In this document: one piece after another, positions 1 to 16,122 of the stretch | How positions within the stretch are numbered: the first letter of the stretch is position 1 | Layout of the letters: every line of letters starts with the position of its first letter | Assembly (NCBI RefSeq): GCF_009914755.1 | Contig: NC_060939.1 | Direction: 5' to 3' (one strand) | DNA from: the human T2T-CHM13v2.0 reference genome, Homo sapiens | DNA length: 64,000 bases | Translations under genes and position numbers: made by a program | The notes under the pieces: model-generated | Database searches by the model: none | The model's input: only the letters and a program-made list of their open reading frames with translations | What the model was told of the DNA's origin: nothing

Positions 1-640
1 TCTGTGTGGTGTGATTAGCCTATTTTTGTGTCTGGAATGTGCATAGATTTTTGTGTCTGGAATGTGGACAGTAATTCTGGTTTTACTACTGTGCAAAATG
101 TGCTACTTTAGTAAATTACATGTTTTTTCTTTGACTCAAAACTGAAAATATGTACCCCTTAGATGGTGAGGTAGGCTTGTAAAGCAGTTAGAAATTTGAA
201 ATCCTCTGAAATATAATAATTCTAATATTAAGTTGCTGCTGTTGTCATCTGAAAGGTTTTGGTAATAAGAATAACTAGTTTTCCAAGTCATGTTTAATCA
301 ATCCTAAAACCCATATATATATAAGAAAAGGCGTACAGTTTTATTATCCTGATTTGTTGAGATGTATGAATTTGCCACATGAATCTATCACATAAAAGAG
401 TTATTTTTGGGTCTCTTTTTAGACAGGACACATCAGAGGCAGGTAACTGGTATATCCTTCTATGAGTGTAAGGTTTTCAGTGTTCTCTAAAAGTGTTTTT
501 TTTGTTTGTTTGTTTTGTTTTGTAAAATCTCTGGCGTAATTACTAGTAAAGATTACTTAAGGGGCAGATGGGAGTAAAAAATAGGTTTTCTTTTCCACCT
601 TTGACTTTTGCTTTGATGTATGTGGATCCCCAGACTTTAG

Positions 641-808
<168 letters not shown>

Positions 809-859
809 TGAACTTGAGGAATAGTGGCTTTTGCTTTTGGAAGTAATGTAAATTTTAAA

Positions 860-2049
<1,190 letters not shown>

Positions 2050-2081
2050 TAACTTTTCTGTCTTATTTTTTATTTGTTTAG

Positions 2082-2126
2082 CTGTGAAGACAAGTAAATC
2101 TACATTGGGTCAAACAGATTTTCCAG
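2082..2126 (+). CDS. CHD2: CHD2 exon 11: (A)VKTSKSTLGQTDFP, insert in chromodomain 2
   Basis: tttag|CT...CCAG|gtaagc; 45 nt; phase 1-1. Confidence 0.95.
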
Positions 2127-2261
2127 GTAAGCAAGAAATTTTATTTATAAATGTTCTTCAACATTTCAGAACAGTGTATGTTTTGCAGATTATTTTGTTT
2201 TGCCACATGATGTTTTATTGATTATGCATAAAACAGAATGTCATTTTTCACTTTTAATTGA

Positions 2262-2483
<222 letters not shown>

Positions 2484-2697
2484 TGATGGTTGGCTTTTGT
2501 TTTTTCAGGGAGAAGATATACTGATAAAGAGGATTGGACACATATGTGCTGAGAAAATATTACAAAATGAAATGATGATTGCCATTTTGAAGTGAAAGAA
2601 GGTGATTTAAATATGACATTAAAGCAAAAGGAGAGAATGAATTATTTCATGGCTTTGCTGACTTGTTTAATCTTGCAATTTACATAATTAGAAATAG

Positions 2698-3073
<376 letters not shown>

Positions 3074-3077
3074 TGAA

Positions 3078-3210
3078 GCCAGTTGCAGTGGCTCACACCT
3101 GTGGTTCCAGCTACTTGGGAGGCTGAGGCGGCAGGATTGCTTGAGCACAGGAGTTTGAGGCCAACCTGGGGAAGATTGTGATACCCGTTCTCTAAAAAAA
3201 AAAAAAAATA
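3078..3210 (+). mobile_element. FLAM / Alu monomer
   Basis: Single left arm with A tail. Confidence 0.85.
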
Positions 3211-4812
3211 GAGAGCGGGAAGTGATAGAAAAGGCGAGTGTCTTTGAATTCTAAGTTAGAAATTAAATATATAGGCTTATTTGCTAGATTGGCTGAATAA
3301 ATCCTTTCCTTGGAATTTATTCCATCAGGAAACTGATGTGCTTGGGTCCTCAGTAATGAAATATCAGACAAGTGATACGTCTCTGAGAAGTTGACATTCA
3401 TGTTAATGGCACTAGAATTCTATCTGTGAAAACCAGTATTTAATTGCCAAAGAGTGTGATAGGGAAAATGTGGTCAGAGAAGCACCAATGTAGAAGTCTC
3501 TGAGCTCCAGTGGTCATTGAATGGGTTTTAAGAGGAAGTTGTGGTTGTTGAACTGCATCTGGCCCTTGTATAATGGATTGGTGCTGCTGGCTATACAGAC
3601 AAGAGGGGGCCCAGGGTATTGCCCTCCTGTGAAAGGTATCAAGAGAAAGATTCTTATAGTTCAATAGGAGAACTACTAGACCCCAGGGGTGAGGAGAAGA
3701 GGAATGATGTTGACAAGTACATCAAGGTCAAAGTGTGTGTGTCTTGGCTACCTCGAAGGGTATTTTGACTTTATCTCCTAGGTATTCGTACAGCTGAGTA
3801 CAGTGGCATTATGAAATAGTTTTATTTAGAAAGCTTCATGTAATAGCAGTATATAGGAGACTCTGGAGTAAGTAATTATTAAAGCCAGAAGGTCCAGCCA
3901 GTAAGATGTCATTGAAGTCCACGAATGAAGAAGTAGTGTGAGGACAAGGGAAGTAACAGTGGCGTGGAAGGAGTGGATGGGAGAACAGTTATGGGGTAGG
4001 TTTGGTAGGAGTGGATGGATGGCTGGGTTTTGGAGTTGAGAGTAAGCAGTCGGATTCCATTCACTGCCAGCCGCCCTCATAGAGAACTGAACACATCAAT
4101 AACCTTATCAAATATTCTTATTAGAATGATACTTCTCATAATGTGTGCTATAGAGCACTAATCTTCAGAGAAAAGTCCCCTGAAAAAAGACTTTTTGGCC
4201 ATGTAACTTTGAGATACATCCCTGAATGAATTTCTCCTGTAAATTCACGCTATGGACACACATTTCAGACTTTGAAAAGTCATGAGTAAAGAAATTGTAT
4301 AACTTTTTGATCGGTTGTTTCCTAAACTGATTTGGCCACAGAATCCACATTTTATGCAAACCATAGAGACTGACCTCACTAGAATGCTATCCTTTAAGCT
4401 TCTGGGGGTGAAAACAACCTTCCCTTCAGAAGCTTGTTTCTGAAGGGAAAACCAAATTCACGCAATTAAAGGGTTTAAGGTAGATGGGCGGCATTTCTGA
4501 ATTTACAAATCCTGTTATGGTGAAGATCAACTGTATTTAGCATATGACAGCTGGAGGCAATGTTTTGTACTCTTTAGAATCAGATAACAGAAAGATAGTT
4601 GTTTCTGAAAAATAGGAGACTCTGACTGCCATATAATAGACAAGACCTAAAGTGCTATTTAATGATGTTCATAGATTTATTTCAGGAAAGGGGCAAGTTA
4701 ACTAAAAATATTTTATTTGAGGATGAACTAACTCTGGCTTATGGAATATTAACCATGAAGAAAGGGGTGATGGAGTGAGGTGGTGATTCACACACATGAA
4801 ATTTAAGTTTTT

Positions 4813-5119
<307 letters not shown>

Positions 5120-5155
5120 TTATGCTTTGATGCCGAATATGTGAATTGTGGCTAG

Positions 5156-5338
<183 letters not shown>

Positions 5339-5479
5339 TAGGTAGAAAAATATGAGTGCAATTTTCCTTACTGTTTCTGGCTTCTTTATTGTTAGATGTC
5401 AAGAATTTTTTTTTTCTTTTTTCACACCCTTATTGTATCTCAACCAAGAAATCTTTATGCTGCATATTACAGAAATAAA
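5339..5479 (+). terminator. CHD2: Read-through stop codon (TAG 5339-5341) and AATAAA (5474-5479) of a short CHD2 isoform
   Basis: TGC AAG TAG reads across the exon 13 donor; AATAAA ~135 nt downstream, followed by GT/T-rich sequence. Confidence 0.65.
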
Positions 5480-5994
5480 AGATGATTGAGAGAAATGCTT
5501 CCTGGGAGTTTTTATGTATGTGTAATACCATTTTATTCTGATCTAAAGAATACTTTATTTCATTATTTGGTGGGTAATTTGTCATAGCCAGAAACCTGTA
5601 TCATCATATGTTACTCATGAGTGTATATAGCAAGTTAAGTCACTCAAATCTTTAATGTGGAAGGAGTTACTCAGAAGAAAGAAGAAGATGTCTTTTTCAC
5701 ATGTATTTTCTTTCTAGGCCAGGGAAGCCTTTAAATTAATTTCCTACAGTAGTGCTGTAGAGAGTGTGATTCCCCTCCCTTCACTCCACTCCCTACCTAT
5801 ATAGTCTGTAGGATTATCCTGTTCAGAGGAAGGTTGAACCTGTGAAAGTATCCTTTTTATAAGACCACGTTAATCTTGGGGGGGTGAAAAAAAGATGAGA
5901 CAGTGATAGCACTGGAGGTTTAAAGGTACTTTTGGGAAGTACTTACAAATTTCCTTCACCAATTTCAAGTAGTTCCTAATTACTAAGTGCTAGG

Positions 5995-6615
5995 TGTTAG
6001 AAACAAATGCTTGTTCCTCGGTGCTGAAAAGAACTAGTGCTCAAGGAATTTTCTCAGCAAGGCAATTTTACTTTCTGCAGAAAGGGTGCTTCTTGGAAGC
6101 CTAATTGTCATGAGAGCACACCGAACAAAGAAAAGCAGAGGTTTTTATCCCTGACTCATTGGGTTCTTACTGCTGCGTCCTGTCTCCATTGGCTGGAGCT
6201 GGACCGCACAATCTAGACTGATTCCGATTGGCTAAAAGCTTAAAACTTTCCTAAATAGATAAACGCGCAGTGGAAAACAAAGGAAGGGGGTTGTTTACAG
6301 GAAATTAGGAGAATAATAACATTTCCAAATAAGGAAGGGGTGTAGGCTGTAAGCTGGGAAATGCCTGGGCACGTTCGGACATGTCTGAGCAGGTTATAGT
6401 CCAGAACAAATAACCTGGTTAAAGTACAAGGACATAGAATGTACTTATTCCCTTACTATATTTAACAGCCACATAGGGCTTAACAAAGAGTTATTAGCAA
6501 AAAGCAAGGGAGCTTGAAGGAAGTTAATTTCTAAAAGAAACTGTTATTTCTAACACTTGTTATTTATTCTTTAACAAAAAGGGAAACTTTGAAGAGGAAC
6601 TTTTTACTTTTCACA
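5995..6615 (-). mobile_element. ERV1 solo LTR, LTR10-like (HERV-I group)
   Basis: TG...CA termini, 621 bp. Minus strand begins TGTGAAAAGTAAAAAGTTCCTCTTCAAAG. CCAAT boxes and p53 half-sites inside. Subfamily from recall. Confidence 0.75.
6357..6396. promoter_or_regulatory. Tandem p53 half-site array within the LTR
   Basis: GGAAATGCCT GGGCACGTTC GGACATGTCT GAGCAGGTTA versus RRRCWWGYYY, with no spacers. Confidence 0.6.
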
Positions 6616-6817
6616 TGCGGATCCATTAGTCCTCGAGAATTTAACAGTGAACCTATATAGATGTATTTTGCTGTCCTTACAGAACATGCAGTGTAAGAAG
6701 TACCTTTAATGCCAACCTACACACTTCTTTCCCGAAGTACCCAATTAAGTGCAAATGCTTAATGTCTTTAGTGTTTTATAGTAAAGCAAAAAATCCTTAT
6801 TTAGAATTAGAAGTACA

Positions 6818-7027
6818 GGCCTGTGCAACATGGCAAAACCCCATCTTTACCAAAAAATACAAAAATTAGCTGGACATGGTGGCATGCTTATGTAGTCTCA
6901 GCTACTTGGGGGCTGAGGTGGGAGGATCGCTTGAGTCCAGGAGGCCAAGGTTGCAGTGAGCCATTTTCGCACCATTGCACTCCAGCCTGGGTGACAAAGT
7001 GAAACTTCACCTTAAAAAAAAAAAAAA
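6818..7027 (+). mobile_element. 5'-truncated Alu (J-like)
   Basis: End of left arm, full right arm and A tail. Confidence 0.9.
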
Positions 7028-7427
7028 GGACAGCTTAAAAAATATTTTTCCCCTCATTGCTGAAAGGAAGCTTTCTAGTTATAGAGATGCATTTACAGTG
7101 ACTTTTTCCCAAGTGAACCATCTCCTACTTTTTATCTGATAAAATCTAGTACAATATTTAATACTCAGTTGTGAAAATTAGGTGTCTTGAGAAGATTGAG
7201 AATGTGGGTTTGATATAATGATTCTGAATTGCTTAAAAATGATTTTTCCTTTTAGAGGTTAGTGGGACCTAATTCATCTAAATGACAGTTAATAAAAGTT
7301 AGATGAACTTTAATTGTGATCTAATCCTCTCATTTTATAATTGAAGACTCTTAGGAACAAAGGTGCCGTGTACCCATCCAGAGTCACATGGTGTTTTGTG
7401 TACAGTCCTTGGCCAGCATTTTTTAGA

Positions 7428-7759
<332 letters not shown>

Positions 7760-8520
7760 TAAAAATCAGTTGAAAAGGGCTCAAGCACCTGTTAAGCCCT
7801 GGTCACAGGAATGTTACTACATTACATAATGTGCTATTTTGGTCTGGTTCCAGAAAAACAGGTGAATCAATTCAAACCTACTGTAGTCTGTATATGTAGA
7901 CAATGGCATTTTCTAGGGGCAGGAAATACTGGAGAAACTTAACTGTGCTTCCTCCTGAATAGTATTGAAAAGTGAGGGAAATAAGAAGGAAATTACTCAA
8001 AGGAATATACTACATCGTTTAAACTGTGTAGAAAATTAGGTGTACCTGAGATGTATAGGGGTATGGCTTCATCATTCTCCCTTTCCCAAGTGTGATCTTC
8101 TTTGTTTCTGTATTTTACCCTTTAAACTAGCTAGTTTGTAGAACACAGAAGGTATTTTTAGAAATTATGTCTTTTTGGTGAATTAAATGTCTTGTTTTTT
8201 GAATCAGTTAGGTTGCCTTTAACTCATAAATTACTTTTAGTTCTTTCTGATTTGCTGATTAAGCACATATTATATATACGTGCAAACTTTCAGTGTCCTT
8301 ATTTTCCAGAACCTTTTTATAATGTTTGCAATCTGATGTCTTACATGTAATCCTAATTTCCTGCCAAAATGACTGTATTCTGTTTCCCAAATATATTTTC
8401 CTAACTCTGGCTGTTTCTTCAATTTTAAATGTTTTTCTTAGATATTCTTTTTCCATTAATATCCTGTTGAAATCTAGCCCATTTTGTAGAGTAGTGTTTC
8501 TCAAACTGTGGTTTTAAGGT

Positions 8521-8990
8521 AGTGCTTCCCAACCTTTTTGGCACTAGGGACTGGTTTCGTGGAAGACAATTTTTCCACAGGCTGGGGAGGAGGGAGGGGG
8601 ATGGTTTCTGGATGATTCAAGCACATTACATTTATTGTGCACTTTATTTCTATTATTATTACATTATACTATATAATGTAGAATCAGTGGGAGCCCTGAG
8701 TTTGTTTTTCTGCAACTGGACGGTCCCATCTGGGGGTGATGGGAGACAGCAACAGATCACCAGGCATTAGGTTCTCATAAGGAGTGTGCAACGTAGATCC
8801 CTCACATGTGTAGTTCATAGTGGGGTTCATGCTCCTATGAGAATCTAATGCCGTTGCTGATCTGACAGGAGGCGGAGCTCAGGCACTAATGCCAGCAATG
8901 GGGAGCGGCTGAAAATACATATGAAGCTTCCCTCCCTCACCCGCTGCTCACCTTCTGCTGTGCAGCTGGGTTCCCGAGTGGGGAATCCTG
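8521..8990. mobile_element. MER1-type hAT-Charlie DNA transposon
   Basis: Starts cccaacctttttggcactagggactggtttcgtggaagacaatttttcc; internal ctcctatgagaatctaatgcc. Confidence 0.8.
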
Positions 8991-9477
8991 GTCTGGTCTA
9001 AGGAATACCTGAGTCAGAATCTCCAAAGGTGTTTGTCAGCCCTTTTCCATATATTGTTTAGTATATCTAGGGTGGGGTCCACAAGTATGATCTGTAGCCT
9101 ACCCCTGCTTTAGACCAAAGTGTATTTAAAACAAGCCCCATGCACCTATACATGTAGGTCTAGGAAATAGTGTGGGTGGCATTAAACAACCCAGTGGCCT
9201 GCAGTGGAATGGGGTGGGCCAGCCACAGGATTCACCAGCGGTGCTGATAGCTTTCTCTATTGATGGAGTCTAAGGTTACATGCTTGTCTTCACTTTTTAC
9301 AAAGCCTGTCTTCTCTGTGATAAAAGATAGCCTATGGAAGGTGATGTGAAAAGCCTAAAGGTAAAGAGTCTGACAAGGCTGTCATAGTAATCCAAGTCTA
9401 GGTAGGCCACTTGTTATTCTGCTTTTTATGGTTTCTACTTTCTTCCTTATGTTGAAAGCTGAAGTAATTGCAGATGA

Positions 9478-9858
<381 letters not shown>

Positions 9859-11683
9859 TAGAATCTGTGTTATAAATGTAATTTAGAAATTCACTTAAAG
9901 CCTTCAGTAGATCATCAGTAAAATTTGTGGTTATTATTCTGATACTGTGCTGTGTTCTCAATATTAGGAGGTTTATCTATCACAAAAGTGCAACTCAGAT
10001 GTTCTTTAACAAATATGCTTACTAGTTAAAAAGCAACAGCAGTATGTGAGTGGGAATCTCTTTTAGCTGGGTTGCAATATTAAATTTTTCTTCTCTCTGC
10101 CCTTTTTACTTCTAAGATTGCTTTATATGAGATAATATGGAGTTAATACTTTGTGTAATATTAATATTATTTTTGCTTTCTCAATAGACATATTACTGAA
10201 AATAATCATTCTTCGAATTTCTTAATTTCTTAAACAGTGAGGTTGCATAACTTATAAAAAAGGAATAAAAGTAAAGGAAAACAAGCTATTTTAGGACTGT
10301 AGAAATAAGAATTATCCTAAACTGTTACCAAACTTTATTTGGGCATCATGAATTTAGAACACAGTGACTTAAGTTTATCTTTGTTTAGCAGATCTTTTCT
10401 TTATAGTAACTTTTTTTAAAGCACCTACTGTGTGCTAGATGTTGCGCTGGGTGCTTTACGTATAATACCTGTAATCTTCATGATAGTCTTCAAAGCTGAT
10501 GGCATTCTTTCCTGCTACTGATGAAGAATTGACTCAGAGAGTCTTAACACGCGACCCTAGCGAGCAAGAATGTGGCAGAGCTCAGATTCGGACACAGGTG
10601 TTTCTATCTAGTCTAGAGCTTTGCTCTTTCATCACTGTATATAAACTATTTCTGGGAAATTGCTTGTAATAAGAGCAAGCCATTAGCAATGTTTAAATAT
10701 TTGAGTTGCATGTTGTAACCATATATTTTCATACAAATTCAAATTTATTTTTGGTAAATACTTTCATTAAAATTGTGTAACTTAAACACTGGCTGATTTC
10801 ATTGGCCTAATTTTGAGTTTCTAAGAATATAGTTTTAGCTTTGTTAAATCATTAGTTAACCGTTAAAGACGAAAAAAGAGAAATTTATAGGTTTACAAAA
10901 TAGCGTAAAGCACTACATTCCAAAAATGATTGCAAACAAAGAAAATGAACTCTAAAAAATTGTAGTCAGAGAAGTTTTCCTTGCTATCTCCAGTTCTCCT
11001 TTTCTTTGTTCTTTTTACCCCCACTTGGGGGCGATCACCTGCAGGCACTTACTGTCTTGTTCTCCAGTTCCTAACTTGACAGCCAAACTGCAAGAGCGTT
11101 GTCATGAGTCTTCGTGCTTGCTGAGTGTCCAGTTATACTTCAGTATGAATGTACTCATCTTTGTGTTCTTTTACATTGACGTTATTATACGTATTGCATT
11201 ATATTTTCATCTTACAAGCCTCCCTTTTTGTTGGGGGACATATCTCTTTGGTCTATGGTTGATGAAGTTCCAAAGGTTGGAATTTGTTTTACTTGTTAAT
11301 ATATGTATTTTCCTATTCAAAAAGTAAATAAATTGCATTTTTAAAAGAAATTTCTAAGGATCTGGGAGATCCCTTGTTGAGTTCCAATCACCAGGGTTCA
11401 GTAGCTGATGAAGTGCATTTTCTTCAGTAGATGTATTTCTGGGGGCCAGTTTCTTCTGATTCTGGCAATAAAGCTTTTGCTGTTCGGTGGTCAGTGTTTT
11501 AATTCTAACTCTTACTGCTTTATAGTTTGGTTGCTTAGGTCATTTTAGAATGTGAGATATTCATTGAATTCTAATCAGATTTATTTTTTATTTGGCATGT
11601 TTCTATTACATCAATCACAAAACTTATGTGATATAGAAAGGTAGAAGTAGAAATTATGTCTTAATTATGTTTTTTTCTTATAG

Positions 11684-11782
<99 letters not shown>

Positions 11783-11825
11783 TAATATCTAAAAGGCTAA
11801 ATCTTTTCCAGTGCGACTTGTCCAG

Positions 11826-11910
11826 ATGGTAGGGTCTGTTACTGTTCTGTGGAGCATGTTAGAAATAAATACTTGAAAGTTAAAAATAAAAAACAAATGG
11901 TAGGGTCTGT
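11826..11910 (+). mobile_element. 57-bp retro-insertion with 14-bp TSD, AATAAA and A-rich tail
   Basis: ATGGTAGGGTCTGT at 11826-11839 and 11897-11910. Confidence 0.7.
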
Positions 11911-12719
11911 ACCTCCTACTTGCCATGTTACTTTTCTTCTCTTATTTCAAAAAGCAAGCAAATGAACAACCAGAAAAATTACTTTTCAAAGGATATTAAC
12001 GTTATAAATAGAAAACAGAACCCTATAGATGAGGGGACCTTAGGTCACCAAGTCCAGTTGAATTAAACAGAATGAAAGGGTATTGAATAGGTCAGTAACT
12101 TACCTGAGATTATTGTCAGTCATTGGATGCCATCTCAGGTATTTCCCTTGAATGTCATCTTAGGCATTTCCTATTGTATCATTGTTAAGGCATTTCTCCA
12201 GAAAAGATGATGTGAATGGTCTTTGTGAGGAGGACAAAAATAAGAAGCTCTTTAAATACCGCCTTTCTGCTAAGAAATATATGTGGTAGGTAGATCCCAT
12301 TGGTATTAAGTGCAAACAAGTTGAGTTTGGTGGCTCTTGGTGTTTGTGTGCTTCAGGGTTGGGGTGGAGAATAGGCAAGAGAAGGACCATAATTAAGGGG
12401 AGAATACAGAATCATATGGTTTTTTTGTTTTATTTTTGCCCAGCATAGCAATTTTTGTGTTCTTGCTGTGGGGCATGCAGTAATAGCTGGTATAAGAGGC
12501 CCACCTATACCTTTTAGATGATGATACTCTCTTTTGAATAGCTACCAATCTGGCAACTAACAGAATAAACAGAAGAGGCCTAATATATATTGTCAGTGAA
12601 GAATAAATGTGTCAATTTATACCTTTGTAATGGTATTTATACAGAGATAATTAACACTTGAAAGCACTTGTGGGTTCCCTTCTGACCTGGTGGCTCGTTC
12701 TGTTTTGTTTTTACTTTAG

Positions 12720-12911
<192 letters not shown>

Positions 12912-14693
12912 TAAGCTCCTTCCTGTGTATTTCAAAAGATGCTAGAATGTCTGAAATGCCAATGCTTTTTAACTTTCTTAGTAGACCTTAGGGAAAACAG
13001 ATGGCATGGTTTGGGGAAAGCAAAGCGTCAAATGGAGGCAGGGATGGCGGTAGTAAAATGTTTCATAATCAATGAAAGAAGGCACAGAAATTAGCCTGTT
13101 AAGGAGGAAAGCAGTATTGTCTGCTGAAAGGCTGAATTAGTTAATGCACTTGGGAAATAATTGTTAAATAGATAACATCAGACCTTTTCACTGTTGGTAT
13201 AAGATAATCAATATAAGTAAAATGAAATATACAAGGTACACAAGCACTGAAAAGTATGTTATACTCAAATATCTGATAACCGAAGCATCAATTTTACATC
13301 TTATTCACGTATTATTAAAGAACTATGGAATGTGTTTATTGAAAAGATTTTTATGGGAGAGATGATATGCACATTTCATAAAACTTAAAATTATCCAATG
13401 GTATTCAGCGATACTTAGAATAACATCTATATTCATTAATTTGGAGGACTCCACTCAGTCTGGCCCCTTGACAATAGTCTGATTCCTCTCATCCACTTTC
13501 TCCATTACTCATTATGCTTCAGCCATTCTGGCTATCTTTCTGTCCCTTAAACATGCCAAGCCATTACTATTCCTTCTTGACTAGAATTATATTTCTTCTT
13601 GTCTTCACATGGCCAACCACCTTAATGTTTCAGCTCATCTTAAACGACCACCTCCTTTCAGAAATCTTTTGCAGATTGCCTAACCTAAAGTAGCCCTTTA
13701 GACATCTTATCCCTAACCTGTTTTAGTGTCTATATAGCATCTCTTTTTACATTTATGTTCTCATTCATCTCATGTCATTAAATTATGTATGAAAATCGCA
13801 GGGATTTTGTTTGCTTGATTCATTGCTGGTTCCCATTGTCTAGAATAGCACCTGGTGCACAGTAAACAATTCAGTTAATAGTTGTTCAGTTGATAGATAT
13901 ATGCTCTACAATCTTTTTTTTTTTAATTCAGGATTAAATTTTATTTTTTACTTTTATTTTTATTTTTAAATTTTAAATTTAAATTTGTTTAGTAACTTTA
14001 TAGTTTGCAACCATCATCATTGTCCAGTTTTGGAACATTTTCCTCATCCCAAAAAGTTCCCCCTTGCTTGTTTGCAGTTAACCTCTGCTTCCACATATAG
14101 CCTTAGGCAACCAGTAATCAGCTTTTGTCTCTAGAGATTTACCTTTTCTAGAAGTTTTATATAAGTGGAATCCTAATATGTAGGCTTTTGTTTCCGGCTT
14201 CCTTCACTTAGCATATTTTTTTTGAGATTCATTCATGTCAGAGTCTGTCAGTAGGTGTTCTCTTTCATTGGGTAATATTTCATTGCATCCAGTTACCGGT
14301 TGATGGACATTTGGATTGCTTTGTTTTGGGGTTATTATATCTTTGTGTGGACATATGTTTTTCTTTCTCTTGCTTAGAGACTTAGGAATAGAATTGCTGG
14401 ATTGTTTGGAAAGTTTATGTTTAACATTTTAGAAACTACCACGCTGTTTTCTAAAGTGACTACCATTGTGCAGTCCTACCAAAAATGTTTGAAGGTTCTA
14501 GTTTCCCTGCGTCATCACCAGGACTTGGTGCATTGTCAGTCTTTTTGATTCTAGCCGTTCTGGCGAATGTGTGTCATTGTGGTTTTGACTTGCATTTCCC
14601 TAATGACTAATGATGTTGAACGTCTTTTCATGTGTTCATTAGCCATTTGTATGTCTTTGGTGAAATTTCTATTCAAATGTTTTGGCATTTTAA

Positions 14694-14820
14694 CTCAGGC
14701 GTCGTGTTCCGTCATTGGAACTCTAAGCATGTGGGAATTATTTATATCCTACTGCTCAAGGTCATTGCCAAGGTCTGATTGCAAAAAATTCAAAAAATTG
14801 CAACCTCTATCATAAATGGG
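14694..14820 (+). mobile_element. MER85 piggyBac (PGBD3-derived) MITE
   Basis: TTAA at 14690-14693 and 14821-14824; right TIR cataaatggg; body ctaagcatgtggga...ctcaaggtcattgccaaggtctgattgcaaaa. Confidence 0.88.
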
Positions 14821-14905
14821 TTAAAAAAATTGGATTGTTTGTCTTATTATGAGTTGAAGAGGTTTTTTATTTCTTTTAAAAAAATTCTAAAGACAAGTGC
14901 TTTAT

Positions 14906-15264
14906 CAGTACAGTCCCCAACTTTCTATAGTTTGATGTAAAATGTTTTGACTTTTCAGTGGTATGAAAGCAATACACTTTCAGTAGAAAGTATACTTTGA
15001 ATGAACACAACCATTCTGTTTTTCATTTTCAGTGTAATATTCGATAAATTACATGAGATATTCAACTCTTTATTATAAAGTTGGCTTTGCGTTAGGTGAT
15101 TTTGCTCAATATCCTCATGATAAGCGTTCTGAGCACATTCAGGGTAGGCTACGGTGTGATGTTCTGTAGGTTAAGTGCATTAAATGCATTTTTGATTTAA
15201 CAATGTTTTAAACTTACGATGGGTTTCTCAGGACATAACCCTGTTGTAAGTTGAGGAGCATCTG
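14906..15264 (-). mobile_element. Tigger-family MITE (MER47-like)
   Basis: Ends gtaagttgaggagcatctg|TA; imperfect TIR at the other end. Confidence 0.7.
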
Positions 15265-15745
15265 TATATAATTTGAACATATTTTATCCCAATCTGTGGC
15301 TTCTTTTCACTTTTTGAATGTTGTCTTTCAAAGAGAAAAAGTTATTGATTTTGATGAAGTTTAATTTATGGATTTCTTTGTATGGATTGTGCTTTAGATA
15401 TCATATCTGACACAGATTTGCCTAACCTATGGACACGAAGACTTGCTTCTTTATTTCCTTCTAGAAGTTCTAGCTTTTGTATTAAGTCAGAGTTACATTT
15501 TGTTTATAGTGTGAAGTGTGAGTGCCTTAGTTCATGTTTTTGTAGTAGAATTTGGGAAATTGTTCTAGTATCACTTGTTGAAAAGAATATCTGTTCTTCA
15601 TTGAATTGCCTTGACACTGTTGTTGAAACTCAGTTGACACCATAAATGTCATGCTTTGTTTCTGGACTGTCAGTTCTGTTTTATTAATACATATTTCTGT
15701 CCTTCTGCCAATGTCACACTGTCTTGATTAATGTAGCTTTCGACT

Positions 15746-16122
<377 letters not shown>

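Noticed and set aside
11020-11150. Possible cryptic exon in intron 14 (AGs at 11044 and 11067)
   Set aside because: Only a weak donor (TCA|gtatga) is nearby; not supportable without RNA data.
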